Positions 54,334 through 64,000 of a stretch of 64,000 bases of DNA are shown here, piece by piece (the stretch's first letter is position 1; each line of letters opens with the position of its first letter). The translations under genes and the position numbers were made by a program. The stretch comes from an uncultured Chlamydiales bacterium (lineage in GTDB: Bacteria > Chlamydiota > Chlamydiia > Chlamydiales > Rhabdochlamydiaceae): assembly GCA_963700985.1 (NCBI GenBank), contig OY969554.1:32001-96000 (forward strand), read 5' to 3'. The notes under the pieces were generated by a model. The model had not been told where the DNA came from and did no database searches. It saw only the letters and a program-made list of their open reading frames with translations.

Positions 54334-55038
54334 ATGTCAATTAATCTTGGAGATGCAGTGCGCGATGCGCGTGCGCGTAGACAGGCAGAAGATGTAGAGG
54401 GGCCGAGACTTCCTCAAGCACGGCCCGCACATCAAGGGCCACGGGTCATGGGCATGGGCGATCTACCTCCACAAGGAGAACAAGCAAGGCCTCCACTCGA
54501 TGCTGCGGAAATGCAGCAATTGTTCGGCAGATTGGGATTGGGTGCGGGTCCAGCTTTTGGAGGGCAAGACGACGGATTTGATGGTGCTGGAGGACCTAAT
54601 CTACCAGGTCTGCAACCTCTGTTTAACAGGATAAACAGGGCTCAAGCCTTGCTCTTTTCTGGGCCGATCATGACATTGACTTCTTTATTAATGCGAAATT
54701 CGCCCTTTATCAATCCGATTACACTTGAGTGCACTGAAGGGGTGGCAGGCAAGATCATGCCGCGTATCAACTTTTTGGAAGCTTCACTGCATAATCTAGC
54801 TTCTGTAGTTTGTCATCTCTGTTTGTCACTGCTCGCTATTTTGGCAGTGGTATTCACGCTGGGTCAAATTGCAGAGGTGCGAAAGTATTGCAAACTTGAG
54901 CTTGTGCTAACAGCAGCATCTTTTTGTGCAATAGCTCCCACAACATTTGGGGTCTTGGCTCCTGGGTTTGGTACAGCTTCTGTGCAGGGGCATATACAGC
55001 TATTTATGCAAGAAGGCGTTGTGAATTTCATCCAATAA
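54334..55038 (+). CDS. Hypothetical membrane protein, Inc-like
   Basis: Low-complexity Pro/Gly N-terminus; long hydrophobic hairpin; paralogous to the next gene. Confidence 0.6.
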   Translation: MSINLGDAVRDARARRQAEDVEGPRLPQARPAHQGPRVMGMGDLPPQGEQARPPLDAAEMQQLFGRLGLGAGPAFGGQDDGFDGAGGPNLPGLQPLFNRINRAQALLFSGPIMTLTSLLMRNSPFINPITLECTEGVAGKIMPRINFLEASLHNLASVVCHLCLSLLAILAVVFTLGQIAEVRKYCKLELVLTAASFCAIAPTTFGVLAPGFGTASVQGHIQLFMQEGVVNFIQ

Positions 55039-55072
55039 ATCTATACTATCTAGATTTAATTGGAGAGTTAAG

Positions 55073-55636
55073 ATGTCAGGCGATGTAACGAGTATCTCAG
55101 ATAAGCTCGGCGACATGTATGACAAGCTCAGTAGTCATGCAAAAAAAGTGAAAGACAAGGTAGGCGGAATAGCTGCTAATGTAGCCGCTGATGTAAATGT
55201 CTACTTTGTTTTAAAGCGTCTTATACCAAAATGCGCGGCCATGAATGTAGTCACAGCCGTGGCTAAGAGTCATAAAGCTTTTATTATATCCAAAGAACCT
55301 TATACCACAGACCATCCTGAAGAAGAGTTTACTTCACGCATCGATTTTCTCGGTGCCATGGTGGTTGCTCTTGCCTGCTCGGTTTATAACTTTATGATTT
55401 CGGTGGGCTTTGCAATTGCTTTTCTCGTCACGTGCGGGTGCTCTGCCCGTTTGAATTTTGTGTTGAGAGAATTTTTAGTCATTACAGGCCTTTCGATTGT
55501 CAGTGTGGGTGTAGGCTTTGCAGGCGCGCTTTATCCGGTTTGGGGCGCTCAACTTCTACAAGAACTTGAGGAGTCTGGAGCTCGAAATGCGCGCGGCATT
55601 GTCGATTTCTTAGATGAGCCACCTGTTAGTCATTAA
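55073..55636 (+). CDS. Hypothetical membrane protein, Inc-like
   Basis: SRIDFLGA..long hydrophobic segments; similar to PRINFLEA of the preceding gene. Confidence 0.6.
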   Translation: MSGDVTSISDKLGDMYDKLSSHAKKVKDKVGGIAANVAADVNVYFVLKRLIPKCAAMNVVTAVAKSHKAFIISKEPYTTDHPEEEFTSRIDFLGAMVVALACSVYNFMISVGFAIAFLVTCGCSARLNFVLREFLVITGLSIVSVGVGFAGALYPVWGAQLLQELEESGARNARGIVDFLDEPPVSH

Positions 55637-55677
55637 TAGCCTAAAACTCTAAAGATCAGCTATGATTGGCTAATCTT

Positions 55678-58600
55678 ATGTTTGAAACTGAAACCAACGA
55701 AACCTTTCCAGGTAGAGAAGAGCAGATCTTAGATTTCTGGAGGCGCGAGAAGATCTTTGAAAGATCGGTCTCTGAGCGTCAGGATGCTCCTCTTTTCTCT
55801 TTCTACGACGGCCCGCCTTTTGCAACGGGCTTGCCGCACTATGGCCATATTCTGGCTGGAACAATCAAAGATGTCGTTTTGCGCTACTGGACCATGAAAG
55901 GGTTTTATGTGCCTAGGCGGTTTGGTTGGGATTGTCATGGGTTGCCGGTTGAAAACGAAATTGAAAAAACGAAAGAGCTCTCGGGTGCATCAGCCATCGA
56001 AAACTTCGGTGTGGCTGCTTTCAATGAAGAGTGCCGCAAGATTGTGCTGCGCTATACCAAAGAGTGGGAGCGCACAGTTGAGCGCATGGGTCGCTGGGTG
56101 GACTTTCCCAATACCTACCGCACGATGGACACTCCCTATATGGAATCGGTCTGGTGGGTCTTTGCACAACTCTATGCCAAAAATCTAGTTTACGAAGGCT
56201 TCAAGGTGATGCCTTTTTCTACCAAGCTCGGCACACCGATCTCCAATTTTGAAGCTAATCTGAATTATCGCGAAGTAGATGATCCATCTCTCACTTTGCA
56301 GTTCGCATTGAAAGAAGAGCCTGAAATCAAGTTGCTCGTGTGGACAACGACTCCTTGGACGCTACCGATGAACTTAGCGCTAGTGGTGCGCGGAGATCTC
56401 GATTACGTAAAAATCAAAGAGCTCAAAAGTGGCAGTATCTACATCTTGGCCAAGTCGCGTCTTTCTGAGTATTTCAAAGATCCACAAGAGATCCAAGTTC
56501 TTGAGACTTTTAAGGGCACATCTTTAGCTGGTAAGCCCTACATTCCTCTTTTTGCCTATTTTGATAATAAGACCGATCCAAAAGCATTCCATATTCTCGT
56601 CGATGATTGCGTGTCGAGCGAAGATGGAACGGGCGTTTTGCATGCAGCTCCGGCATTTGGTGAGGCGGACTTTTTCGTCTGCGCACGCGAAGGTATTCAG
56701 GTGGTTTGTCCAGTGGATCACAACGGCAGATACACACGCGAAGTGCCAGATTACGAAGGCCTTTATGTAAAAGATGCCGACAAAGAGATCATCAAGCGCC
56801 TTAAGCAAGAGAAGAAAGTTTTCCATCATAGCCAGATCCGCCATCGCTATCCCTTCTGCTGGCGCTCAGACACGCCGCTAATTTACAAAGCTGTTAGAAC
56901 CTGGTTTGTTGCGGTTGAAAAGCTCAAAGATAAACTAATCGTAAACAACGAATTGATCCATTGGGTGCCTGAGCACATCAAAGAAGGCCGCTTTGGCAAA
57001 TGGCTTGAGAATGCACGTGACTGGGCTGTTTCGCGTAATCGCTATTGGGGCACACCTATTCCGATCTGGCGCAACGATCAAGGCGATTGCATTGTCATCT
57101 CAAGCAAACAAGAATTAGAAGAGCGTACGGGCCGAAAACTAGACGATTTGCACCGCCATTACATCGATGATCTGACATTTGAAGAGAATGGAAAAACTTT
57201 CAAAAGAATTTCCGAAGTGTTCGACTGCTGGTTTGAATCGGGTTCTATGCCTTACGCACAGAATCATTTTCCGTTTGAACATCAAGAAGCTGTCTTAGAT
57301 GGTTTTCCAGCCGATTTTATCGCTGAAGGTCTCGATCAAACGCGCGGCTGGTTCTACACGCTGAATGTGCTTTCAACGGCGCTATTTAATAAGCCTGCGT
57401 TTAAAAATGTGATCGTCAACGGCATCTTGCTGGCTGAAGATGGCAATAAGATGTCGAAGCGTTTAAAAAATTATCCAGAGCCTGATCTCATTATGAATCA
57501 GTATGGCGCCGATGCGATGCGCCTATATCTGCTCAATAGTCCGGCAGTAACTGGTGAAGATTTGCGTTTTTCAGAAAGGGGAGTGGAGCTGGTGATGCGC
57601 CAGGTGCTCATCCCTCTTTGGAACTCGTATCACTTTCTAGCGACCTATGCGCAGATCTATGCGTGGAAACCTCAAAGTGAGATGTCTTTCCAACCTCAAG
57701 CGGATATCGATCGCTGGATCTTATCTCTTTTGCAGAGCTTAGTGGCAGAAGTTACCGCTGGAATGGATGAATATATGTTAGGCAAAGGAGTTCAACCCTT
57801 TGTACAATTTATTGAGCAGCTCACTAACTGGTATATCCGCAGATCACGTCCACGTTTCTGGGCCGATGAAGCCTCGCAAGATCGCGCTGAAGCTTTTGAA
57901 ACGCTCTACCGCGTGCTGCTCACCGTGTCTAAGATTGCAGCACCGTTTGTGCCTTTCCTAAGTGAAGCCATTTACATGCGCCTGCGTCAAGAAAAAGCGC
58001 CGCTTTCTGTGCATCTCTGTGACTTTCCGAAGTATGATGGCAAGCTGCGTAATGAATCTTTAGAAAAAGAGATGGCCTCGGTGCAAACCGTGGTAAGTTC
58101 TGGTCATGCGCTGCGCAAAGAACATAAGCTCAAAGTAAGGCAGCCACTGCCTAAGGCGCACGTCATCTGTCGTGATCAGAGCATCCTATCTGCGCTTCAA
58201 AGACAAGAGGGGCTCATTGCCGATGAATTAAACGTAAAAGAAGTAGCCTTCCTGCAAGATGAGACATCGTTTGTGGCGCTTCATGCTAAACCAAATTTCC
58301 GTGTGCTTGGCAAGAAAGTGGGCCCGCTTATGCGCGATGTGCAAAAGGCAGTCGAGAAATTTGATCAGCATGCGCTGCACACATTGTTTGAAGGAAAGTC
58401 TGTTTCGATTGAGCTAGAAGGTCAAAAAATCGAACTTACGCCCGAAGATATTACCGTTGAGCGCAAAGTGCGTGAGGGGCTGGTTGCCTTAACAGGCGAG
58501 GGGATCACCGTTGCACTAGACACAACACTTTCAGAGTCTCTGCTAATCGAAGGTCTAGCGCGTGAGCTCATCAGCAAAATCAATACGATGCGTCGCGATG

Positions 58601-58791
58601 AAGGTTATGCCGTGAGTGATCGCATTGAAGTAAAATTGCAGACGACTGAGCGCGTGAAAGCATGCTTTGAACAGCATCGCGATACGATCATGCATGAAGT
58701 TCTAGCTACTGAAGTTCTCTTTGCTGAATGTGAAGGCACCGCCTGGGACCTCAACGGCGAGCAGACAATCATTCTTCTTCAGAAAATCTAA
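55678..58791 (+). CDS. ileS: Isoleucine--tRNA ligase (type 2)
   Basis: DGPPFATGLPHYGH, GWDCHGLP, WTTTPWTLP, SRNRYWGTPIP, EGLDQTRGWF, KMSKR. Confidence 0.97.
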   Translation: MFETETNETFPGREEQILDFWRREKIFERSVSERQDAPLFSFYDGPPFATGLPHYGHILAGTIKDVVLRYWTMKGFYVPRRFGWDCHGLPVENEIEKTKELSGASAIENFGVAAFNEECRKIVLRYTKEWERTVERMGRWVDFPNTYRTMDTPYMESVWWVFAQLYAKNLVYEGFKVMPFSTKLGTPISNFEANLNYREVDDPSLTLQFALKEEPEIKLLVWTTTPWTLPMNLALVVRGDLDYVKIKELKSGSIYILAKSRLSEYFKDPQEIQVLETFKGTSLAGKPYIPLFAYFDNKTDPKAFHILVDDCVSSEDGTGVLHAAPAFGEADFFVCAREGIQVVCPVDHNGRYTREVPDYEGLYVKDADKEIIKRLKQEKKVFHHSQIRHRYPFCWRSDTPLIYKAVRTWFVAVEKLKDKLIVNNELIHWVPEHIKEGRFGKWLENARDWAVSRNRYWGTPIPIWRNDQGDCIVISSKQELEERTGRKLDDLHRHYIDDLTFEENGKTFKRISEVFDCWFESGSMPYAQNHFPFEHQEAVLDGFPADFIAEGLDQTRGWFYTLNVLSTALFNKPAFKNVIVNGILLAEDGNKMSKRLKNYPEPDLIMNQYGADAMRLYLLNSPAVTGEDLRFSERGVELVMRQVLIPLWNSYHFLATYAQIYAWKPQSEMSFQPQADIDRWILSLLQSLVAEVTAGMDEYMLGKGVQPFVQFIEQLTNWYIRRSRPRFWADEASQDRAEAFETLYRVLLTVSKIAAPFVPFLSEAIYMRLRQEKAPLSVHLCDFPKYDGKLRNESLEKEMASVQTVVSSGHALRKEHKLKVRQPLPKAHVICRDQSILSALQRQEGLIADELNVKEVAFLQDETSFVALHAKPNFRVLGKKVGPLMRDVQKAVEKFDQHALHTLFEGKSVSIELEGQKIELTPEDITVERKVREGLVALTGEGITVALDTTLSESLLIEGLARELISKINTMRRDEGYAVSDRIEVKLQTTERVKACFEQHRDTIMHEVLATEVLFAECEGTAWDLNGEQTIILLQKI

Positions 58792-58820
58792 TCTCAAAAT
58801 TTTCTTAGGATTTCAATTTT

Positions 58821-60701
58821 TTAGAATTTTAAGGGCAGTTTGTTTCTGCGATAATGCACAAACGACCAGCCGCCGATAAGTAATCCAGCAGTAATCCAGA
58901 CTAATGATCTTGGCAGATTGAAGAATGGGTAGGGCGGTTGATTGGGGTGTCCCCAACGTTCGCCTGGTGGCCAGAAGATAAAGCGCGGCCCGCCGCGTAG
59001 ATTGCCCTGAGGAACGAAGCCAAAGTCGCGGCTATCGGCACTCATGGCATGGTTATCACCAAGTGCGAGATAACTTTGAGGTGGGATAGTTAGCCCATAT
59101 TTAGCCACAAAAGCTGTATCGAGCGTGCCATTTTCTTTGAGAGGTGGCCCTACGTCGGCAAAGGGTTGATAAGAAGGGTTGGTAGTTTTTTTCTGCTGCT
59201 CGCGCGCATGGAAATCAAGAATCACAGAATCTTCTTTTTTTAAGACAGGTGCGCCAAGCAGATAGAGATCGCCGTCGCAGAAATAGGCATACCGCGAAGG
59301 CAGCCAGCGTTGCTGTTTAGTTTGTGGAGCAAAGTGGAGATCAAATTCTATGCCTACGTTGTATAGAAGTTGCACCCGATCTGCGCTGAAGAGATAGAGG
59401 GGATGAGAATCTGGAAGCTCTTCGGCGATGCCTTGCCACTTAATCTGATAGGCTTTGCCAAAATAAAATTCATAACAGCCATCTGGCACGCCCGGTAGCT
59501 TAGGAAGAAAGGCGTTATTCTCGATGTTTTTTGTATTGTGACCGTAGCGCATCGCTTTTCCATCTTTAACCACAAAGCGTGCTGTATACATTTGCTTGAA
59601 CAGCATGCGTAGATGCGCTTCGTCTAGAGGAATTAGCGAAGTGCTCAATTCTAAAAGAGGACGAATACGGCCATACTCATCGCGGCCAATGGTGAGGTTT
59701 TGCAAAGAGGGGTGATGCTTCAGCTCGAGATAGAGCATGCCATCTTTGAGATCAGCCAGAGGCTGGTCAGTAAATTGAACAACCTGCTCTTTAGTTAAAA
59801 GGCGTCCCATGGCGTAGTTTTTAAAGCCCCAGAGATCTCCATACTCAGACACAGGCGCCTTTGCTAACTGATCAGACGAAGGGGAGAGCATCTCGCCGCG
59901 TGGCTGGGTAGCGCCGGTGATAAAGAGGCGTGCGACGGGCTCATTCATCTGGTGCAAAATAACGGGAGTATAGATGCCTTGCAAGGGAGCGCGAGAAGTT
60001 GTGACTTTGCCTTCGAAGTGCAAGAAAGGAATGTGCTCGATGCGTGCGAGTTCAGGCCTTTGAAGTTCGTGTGAGATATCTGCACCTTTCTTATCCATGC
60101 CATAGAGCTTGCCGCCATAAAAATAGAGCGTATCGCCCGGTTTTCCCATCAAGCGTTTGATATACTGCTTCTTGCCAGGAAAGAGGTAAAAATAGAGCGT
60201 ATCGACATCGCGGATGTCCATATCTTCGCCAGTAAAGATAAAGATGCTACTGCGCTGCACAAGGTCAGGATCAAAATAGATATGTTTGGTGGTCAGCGGT
60301 AGATTGATGCCAAAAGTGGTTTTGGAAACGATCAAGCGATCCTGTTCTTTGAGCGTAGGACGCATTGAGCCCGTAGGGATCTCATAGAATTCAAACCAGA
60401 GCTGACGCACAAGAATAGCCACAACCAAGGCAAATCCAAGTGCAAAAACCAGATCTCTCGCTTGATCGAAAGAACTTTTTTTCAAATGCTCTTTAGCCAG
60501 GATCTGAACGTGTAGAGCTAGCGCATGTGCTTCAACACGATCTTTCTGCAGAATCTTTTCTTGCAGCTCAAGTAGAGCTTTTTCCAATTGATCTGCAACA
60601 GAAGGGGATAAACGAGTGCGCTTACGCTTAAAGAGATGATAGGTGTGGCGTAAAACGATTTTAGACTTGCGTAGCGAAGATGTTTGAGAGAAAAGCGCCA
60701 T
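58821..60701 (-). CDS. lepB: Signal peptidase I (long chlamydial form)
   Basis: IPTGSMRPTL (Ser), YIKRLMGKPGD (Lys), LGDNHAMSADSRDFGFVP. Confidence 0.95.
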   Translation of the reverse strand: MALFSQTSSLRKSKIVLRHTYHLFKRKRTRLSPSVADQLEKALLELQEKILQKDRVEAHALALHVQILAKEHLKKSSFDQARDLVFALGFALVVAILVRQLWFEFYEIPTGSMRPTLKEQDRLIVSKTTFGINLPLTTKHIYFDPDLVQRSSIFIFTGEDMDIRDVDTLYFYLFPGKKQYIKRLMGKPGDTLYFYGGKLYGMDKKGADISHELQRPELARIEHIPFLHFEGKVTTSRAPLQGIYTPVILHQMNEPVARLFITGATQPRGEMLSPSSDQLAKAPVSEYGDLWGFKNYAMGRLLTKEQVVQFTDQPLADLKDGMLYLELKHHPSLQNLTIGRDEYGRIRPLLELSTSLIPLDEAHLRMLFKQMYTARFVVKDGKAMRYGHNTKNIENNAFLPKLPGVPDGCYEFYFGKAYQIKWQGIAEELPDSHPLYLFSADRVQLLYNVGIEFDLHFAPQTKQQRWLPSRYAYFCDGDLYLLGAPVLKKEDSVILDFHAREQQKKTTNPSYQPFADVGPPLKENGTLDTAFVAKYGLTIPPQSYLALGDNHAMSADSRDFGFVPQGNLRGGPRFIFWPPGERWGHPNQPPYPFFNLPRSLVWITAGLLIGGWSFVHYRRNKLPLKF

Positions 60702-60844
60702 GATTACTTAAGTTTTTAAAGTTGTACAGTCTAAGTGATTCCAAGACATTTGACAAGCTATTGAACCTATTTCACTAAATTCTCACTAGGTCTTGTGGAA
60801 TAGATTCGTGCATTTTTTTAGAGAAAAAGCTCAAAAAAAGCGAT

Positions 60845-61381
60845 TTACGAATTAGGAACTAAACAGTGCAAAAGCAGATCCTTTACGATGTCATGAGTCG
60901 CCACCGTGAGTACACGTTGTGCAAGCACCGAGTCTGATGTGCACTTTTCCCCAATTATGGATAATACTTCAGCATTAAGTTCTGCTTTTGTCTTTGAAGA
61001 GTTAGCTAAAAATTTTGCCAGTTTAACTTGCTGCTCTATCGAGGGAACTACCTTACTAAGTTGCTTTAGAAGAACCTCTTCAGAGGGAAATTGAAATTTA
61101 GCATTATCAATTTGCGATGTAGAAAAATAGCGCTCAACACTTTTTAGTGCAGGCATACTGAGTGCTGTTCTGGATTTATCAGAAGATGCTTCTAAGAGAA
61201 TAGATCTCCCTTTATTAAGTAAATGCTTGCTCTGTGAAAAAGGACGAAAAGCAATTGTTTGGCATCCGAAATTTAGAGAAAATGACCGATTAAACGACAT
61301 TGTTGATTTTTTAAATAATGGCGCCTCTTTAAAAAGGTGAGTCCACGTACTGCAAGCTGCTCTTGATAATGATACTGTCAT
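60845..61381 (-). CDS. Hypothetical protein with mitochondrial-presequence-like N-terminus
   Basis: GGGGG RBS; Ser/Arg/Lys-rich, acid-poor N-terminus with RSFS, RPFS and RYFST. Confidence 0.55.
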   Translation of the reverse strand: MTVSLSRAACSTWTHLFKEAPLFKKSTMSFNRSFSLNFGCQTIAFRPFSQSKHLLNKGRSILLEASSDKSRTALSMPALKSVERYFSTSQIDNAKFQFPSEEVLLKQLSKVVPSIEQQVKLAKFLANSSKTKAELNAEVLSIIGEKCTSDSVLAQRVLTVATHDIVKDLLLHCLVPNS

Positions 61382-61740
61382 AAGAACCCCCTTTTTTTGT
61401 CTGGTGCATTTAAAAACTAACTAAAGAAAAACGCTGTCATTTTAGTTAGTATAAATAATTAGTGAGTTCAGTAGTTTAGGTGGAATTTTGTTTTTTCGAC
61501 TAGTCAAAATATTGAAGGTCTAGTTTGTAGACATCCTCTAAGATTTTTTAAGTTCTGTGGAAAGGTTGTTGATAACTTCTGCTCTAGGAGAGGGGGATGT
61601 GATTATTAAGAAAAAGCAAAGCGAATTGTAAAAAGAAAATTAAGATAATTATCTTATTGATAGTGAATGCTTTAAGTTGTTTTGTCTATGGGCCTAGAGG
61701 AACTGCTTCTGGAGCGTGGGCCAAGATAGGGAAAACCTGT

Positions 61741-62745
61741 TCATAAATGCCAGCGTAGTGGCTCGTCACTCTCGGTATAGAGATGCTTATCTTCTTCCGA
61801 AGTGAGGATCCAGCGATAGGCGTGCCCATCTTGCAGAAGGGGTTTCAGTCCTTTTAATGGAATGTTAAGACTGAGCTCTTCTTTGCCTTTTTTAGCAGAT
61901 TCAAAGGTGATGGGAATCGGAGCTGACATAGGGTCGGTGAGGTCGAGTGCAAAGAGCGAAAAATGCGTGTAGTAAGCGGGCGATCTGAGTTTTAATTTCA
62001 GAACATCGCCTTCGCGTTTGCCATTATCTAGAAAGATTGGCGAGCGATGCGGAATGGGCATGGTAATGGGTGAATTCGAAGCATTTCCACACTCAACTGT
62101 GCGGATTTTCATGGTGAGGTGGCCATTGCTGGTCTCAAGCCAAAAGGGGAAGGGGAAGTCTGGCAAGAAGTAGAGCTCGAGCCGGCAGGCGGCAAGCTGT
62201 GAATTGTCATCGGGCCAGCGTGTTTCAAAAACTTCCATCGCGGGTTTTTTAATTTTCTTTCCTTCAAATACAAGCGGTGGAAACCAGAGCGCGCGCGTAT
62301 CATCTTCACCGCGCTGTGGAGTGGCGCCAATACGGCGGCGCTTTTCAGGCGGAGTGGATGAGAGAGGCAGTGAGAGCATCTTGGGGAGAATCGGCTCTTC
62401 GAGTGAAAGCCATGCTTTTTGTGAAATGGAGAAACATTCTAAAAGTTCGCCCGATTGCAGATCGATTTCATAAAACAGCCAAGAGCTATGACCAGGTGCG
62501 CCCTGCTCGAGCCATTTGGTCCAAGAGAGTGTAGAAAGATCGAGGATTGATTCTGGGGCCGTGATCTCTTCGAGGATAAGTCTTGTAGCATTCTGCTCGC
62601 GGATGCGCAAGAGCGAGTAGTTTTTATCTTGTTGTGTAACGATGTAATTTCCCGGCGCGCCCTTTTCCAGCTTTGCTTTTAATGTAGCTGGCGGGGCTGC
62701 TTGTAGCGCACATGTAACAAGAAGGAAAAAAATGAAAAATCGCAT
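61741..62745 (-). CDS. Conserved chlamydial hypothetical exported protein (CT021-like)
   Basis: Signal peptide; PGNYIV, LEEITAP, W...GAPGHSSW, FPFWLE; next to lepB. Confidence 0.6.
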   Translation of the reverse strand: MRFFIFFLLVTCALQAAPPATLKAKLEKGAPGNYIVTQQDKNYSLLRIREQNATRLILEEITAPESILDLSTLSWTKWLEQGAPGHSSWLFYEIDLQSGELLECFSISQKAWLSLEEPILPKMLSLPLSSTPPEKRRRIGATPQRGEDDTRALWFPPLVFEGKKIKKPAMEVFETRWPDDNSQLAACRLELYFLPDFPFPFWLETSNGHLTMKIRTVECGNASNSPITMPIPHRSPIFLDNGKREGDVLKLKLRSPAYYTHFSLFALDLTDPMSAPIPITFESAKKGKEELSLNIPLKGLKPLLQDGHAYRWILTSEEDKHLYTESDEPLRWHL

Positions 62746-62867
62746 GAATCCATCATACCTTCTGTTTCCGAAAGACGCAATTGCCCTCTAATTATAATAA
62801 AATTTTTAAAATCCGAACTCTTTTTTTGTAAATCATTTACAGGATATGCAGGGTGCAAAGAAATTTA

Positions 62868-63779
62868 TTAGTGTTCGTTGGAGTGGTCTTTTTGGCAGTC
62901 AAAGCAGTATTTAGCTTCGAAGGAGGTTGGATCTTCGACCTGAACGGTCATGTGCTGGATGTGATATTTTTTGGAGATGAGGCGATGCACGGCATTTAGG
63001 GTCTCATGTGGCTGGGTGGAAACGAGGTGCACGCTTAGGGCATTTCGCTTGCTGGCAACGGCCCAAAGGTGCAGATCGTGTACTTCTGTGACTCCCACAA
63101 TATTTGAGAGGTCGTTTCGAATGGTGGTGATATCTACGCCTTCGGGCGTGCCTTCCATCAGCACGTTAACGGTCTGTTTGATCAGCTTGGTGGAAATATA
63201 AATAAGCTGGAGACTGAAAACAATGGTGACGATCGGGTCGATAGGTTTCCAGTCGGTTAACCAGAGAATGGCGCCACTGAGAATCACGCCTATGCTTCCG
63301 AGTAAGTCTCCTAGAACATGCAAGTAGGCAGCGCGCATATTCATATTATGTTGCTGGCAGCTATGCAATACACGCATCATGAGCAAGTTGGCTATCAAGC
63401 CGAGAAAAGCCACTACAAAAACGATGGGGCCTTGCACTTCTGGCGGATGAAAGAGGCGAGTGATTGCTTCATAAATTAGGACACCAGAAAGCGCCCAGAG
63501 TGAAACAGCACTTGCAAGTGCACCTAAGATTTCAGCACGATGATAACCGTAGCTCATTTCGGGTGTGCTAGGGCGACGCGCGATCTTTAGGGCAATTAGG
63601 CTGAGCAGAAAAGCGCCGACATCTGTGAACAGATGCATGGCGTCGCTGATCAGGGCCAAGCTGTTGGCGATCAAACCGCCGGCAACTTCAATGAGCATGA
63701 AAGCAAAGGCGATCCAGAGCGCGGTATGCATCGCCCGGCCATGTTGATGATCACTTGGAAAGTGACAGGTGTTGGTCAT
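62868..63779 (-). CDS. Cation diffusion facilitator (ZitB/CzcD-type Zn/Co/Cd exporter)
   Basis: SLALISDAMHLFTD, SYGYHRAEIL, NMRAAYLHVLGDLLGS, VHDLHLW, HMTVQVE. Confidence 0.93.
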   Translation of the reverse strand: MTNTCHFPSDHQHGRAMHTALWIAFAFMLIEVAGGLIANSLALISDAMHLFTDVGAFLLSLIALKIARRPSTPEMSYGYHRAEILGALASAVSLWALSGVLIYEAITRLFHPPEVQGPIVFVVAFLGLIANLLMMRVLHSCQQHNMNMRAAYLHVLGDLLGSIGVILSGAILWLTDWKPIDPIVTIVFSLQLIYISTKLIKQTVNVLMEGTPEGVDITTIRNDLSNIVGVTEVHDLHLWAVASKRNALSVHLVSTQPHETLNAVHRLISKKYHIQHMTVQVEDPTSFEAKYCFDCQKDHSNEH

Positions 63780-63826
63780 TCGGTTACAATAAGGTTTTAA
63801 AATTAATATAGCATATGCGGAGTGAC

Positions 63827-64000
63827 ATGTCTCTTAATTCGATTTATAAGCTATCTCTTGCTCTGCTTACCGACCTGTATGAACTGACCATGGCGTATGG
63901 CTATTGGAAGGAGGGTCTTGCTGAGCGCAATGCGGTTTTTCCGCTTTCGTTTAGACGCAAACCTTTTCATGGGAGCTTCGCGCTGACAGCTGGGCTGCAG
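63827..64000 (+). CDS. pncB: Nicotinate phosphoribosyltransferase, 5' part (runs off the window)
   Basis: Manual translation [38 protein letters not shown]...AGL. Confidence 0.88.
   Translation, partial: MSLNSIYKLSLALLTDLYELTMAYGYWKEGLAERNAVFPLSFRRKPFHGSFALTAGLQ

Noticed and set aside
55678-60701. Eukaryote-like IleRS and unusually long LepB
   Set aside because: Both are the normal forms in chlamydiae

Overview
This window looks like the chromosome of an environmental chlamydia (phylum Chlamydiota). This is inferred from the chlamydial-type ssrA 5' end (GGGGGTGTAAAGGTTTCGAC), the long-form LepB, the type-2 IleRS and the phoH/SWIM/SH3 gene trio. Housekeeping blocks lie at both ends: pssA, rmuC, comM, DUF455 and SH3/SWIM/phoH on the left; ssrA, ileS, lepB, a CDF transporter and pncB on the right. 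Between them is a ~43 kb accessory region (about 11-53.7 kb) with no integrase or transposase. Main signals: (1) five or six direct-repeat copies of the tmRNA 3' end spread over 12 kb downstream of ssrA, most fused to a shared conserved arm that keeps one reading frame (GGETLSELLI-like), suggesting a tandem accretion array of recombinase-less cassettes; (2) a ~240 bp multi-hairpin element inserted at the tmRNA 3' end; (3) three orphan NHLP-type RiPP precursors with near-identical leaders and unrelated 8-12 aa cores; (4) an MntA-HepT toxin-antitoxin pair flanked by a 54 bp duplication of the comM 3' end; (5) a dispersed REP/REPIN-like palindrome family; (6) a probable leaderless Cys-rich uORF ahead of an amino-acid symporter; (7) several candidate host-directed effectors (F-box/LRR-like, C-terminal CC, mitochondrial-presequence-like, Inc-like). 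All calls come from reading motifs by eye; no searches were run.
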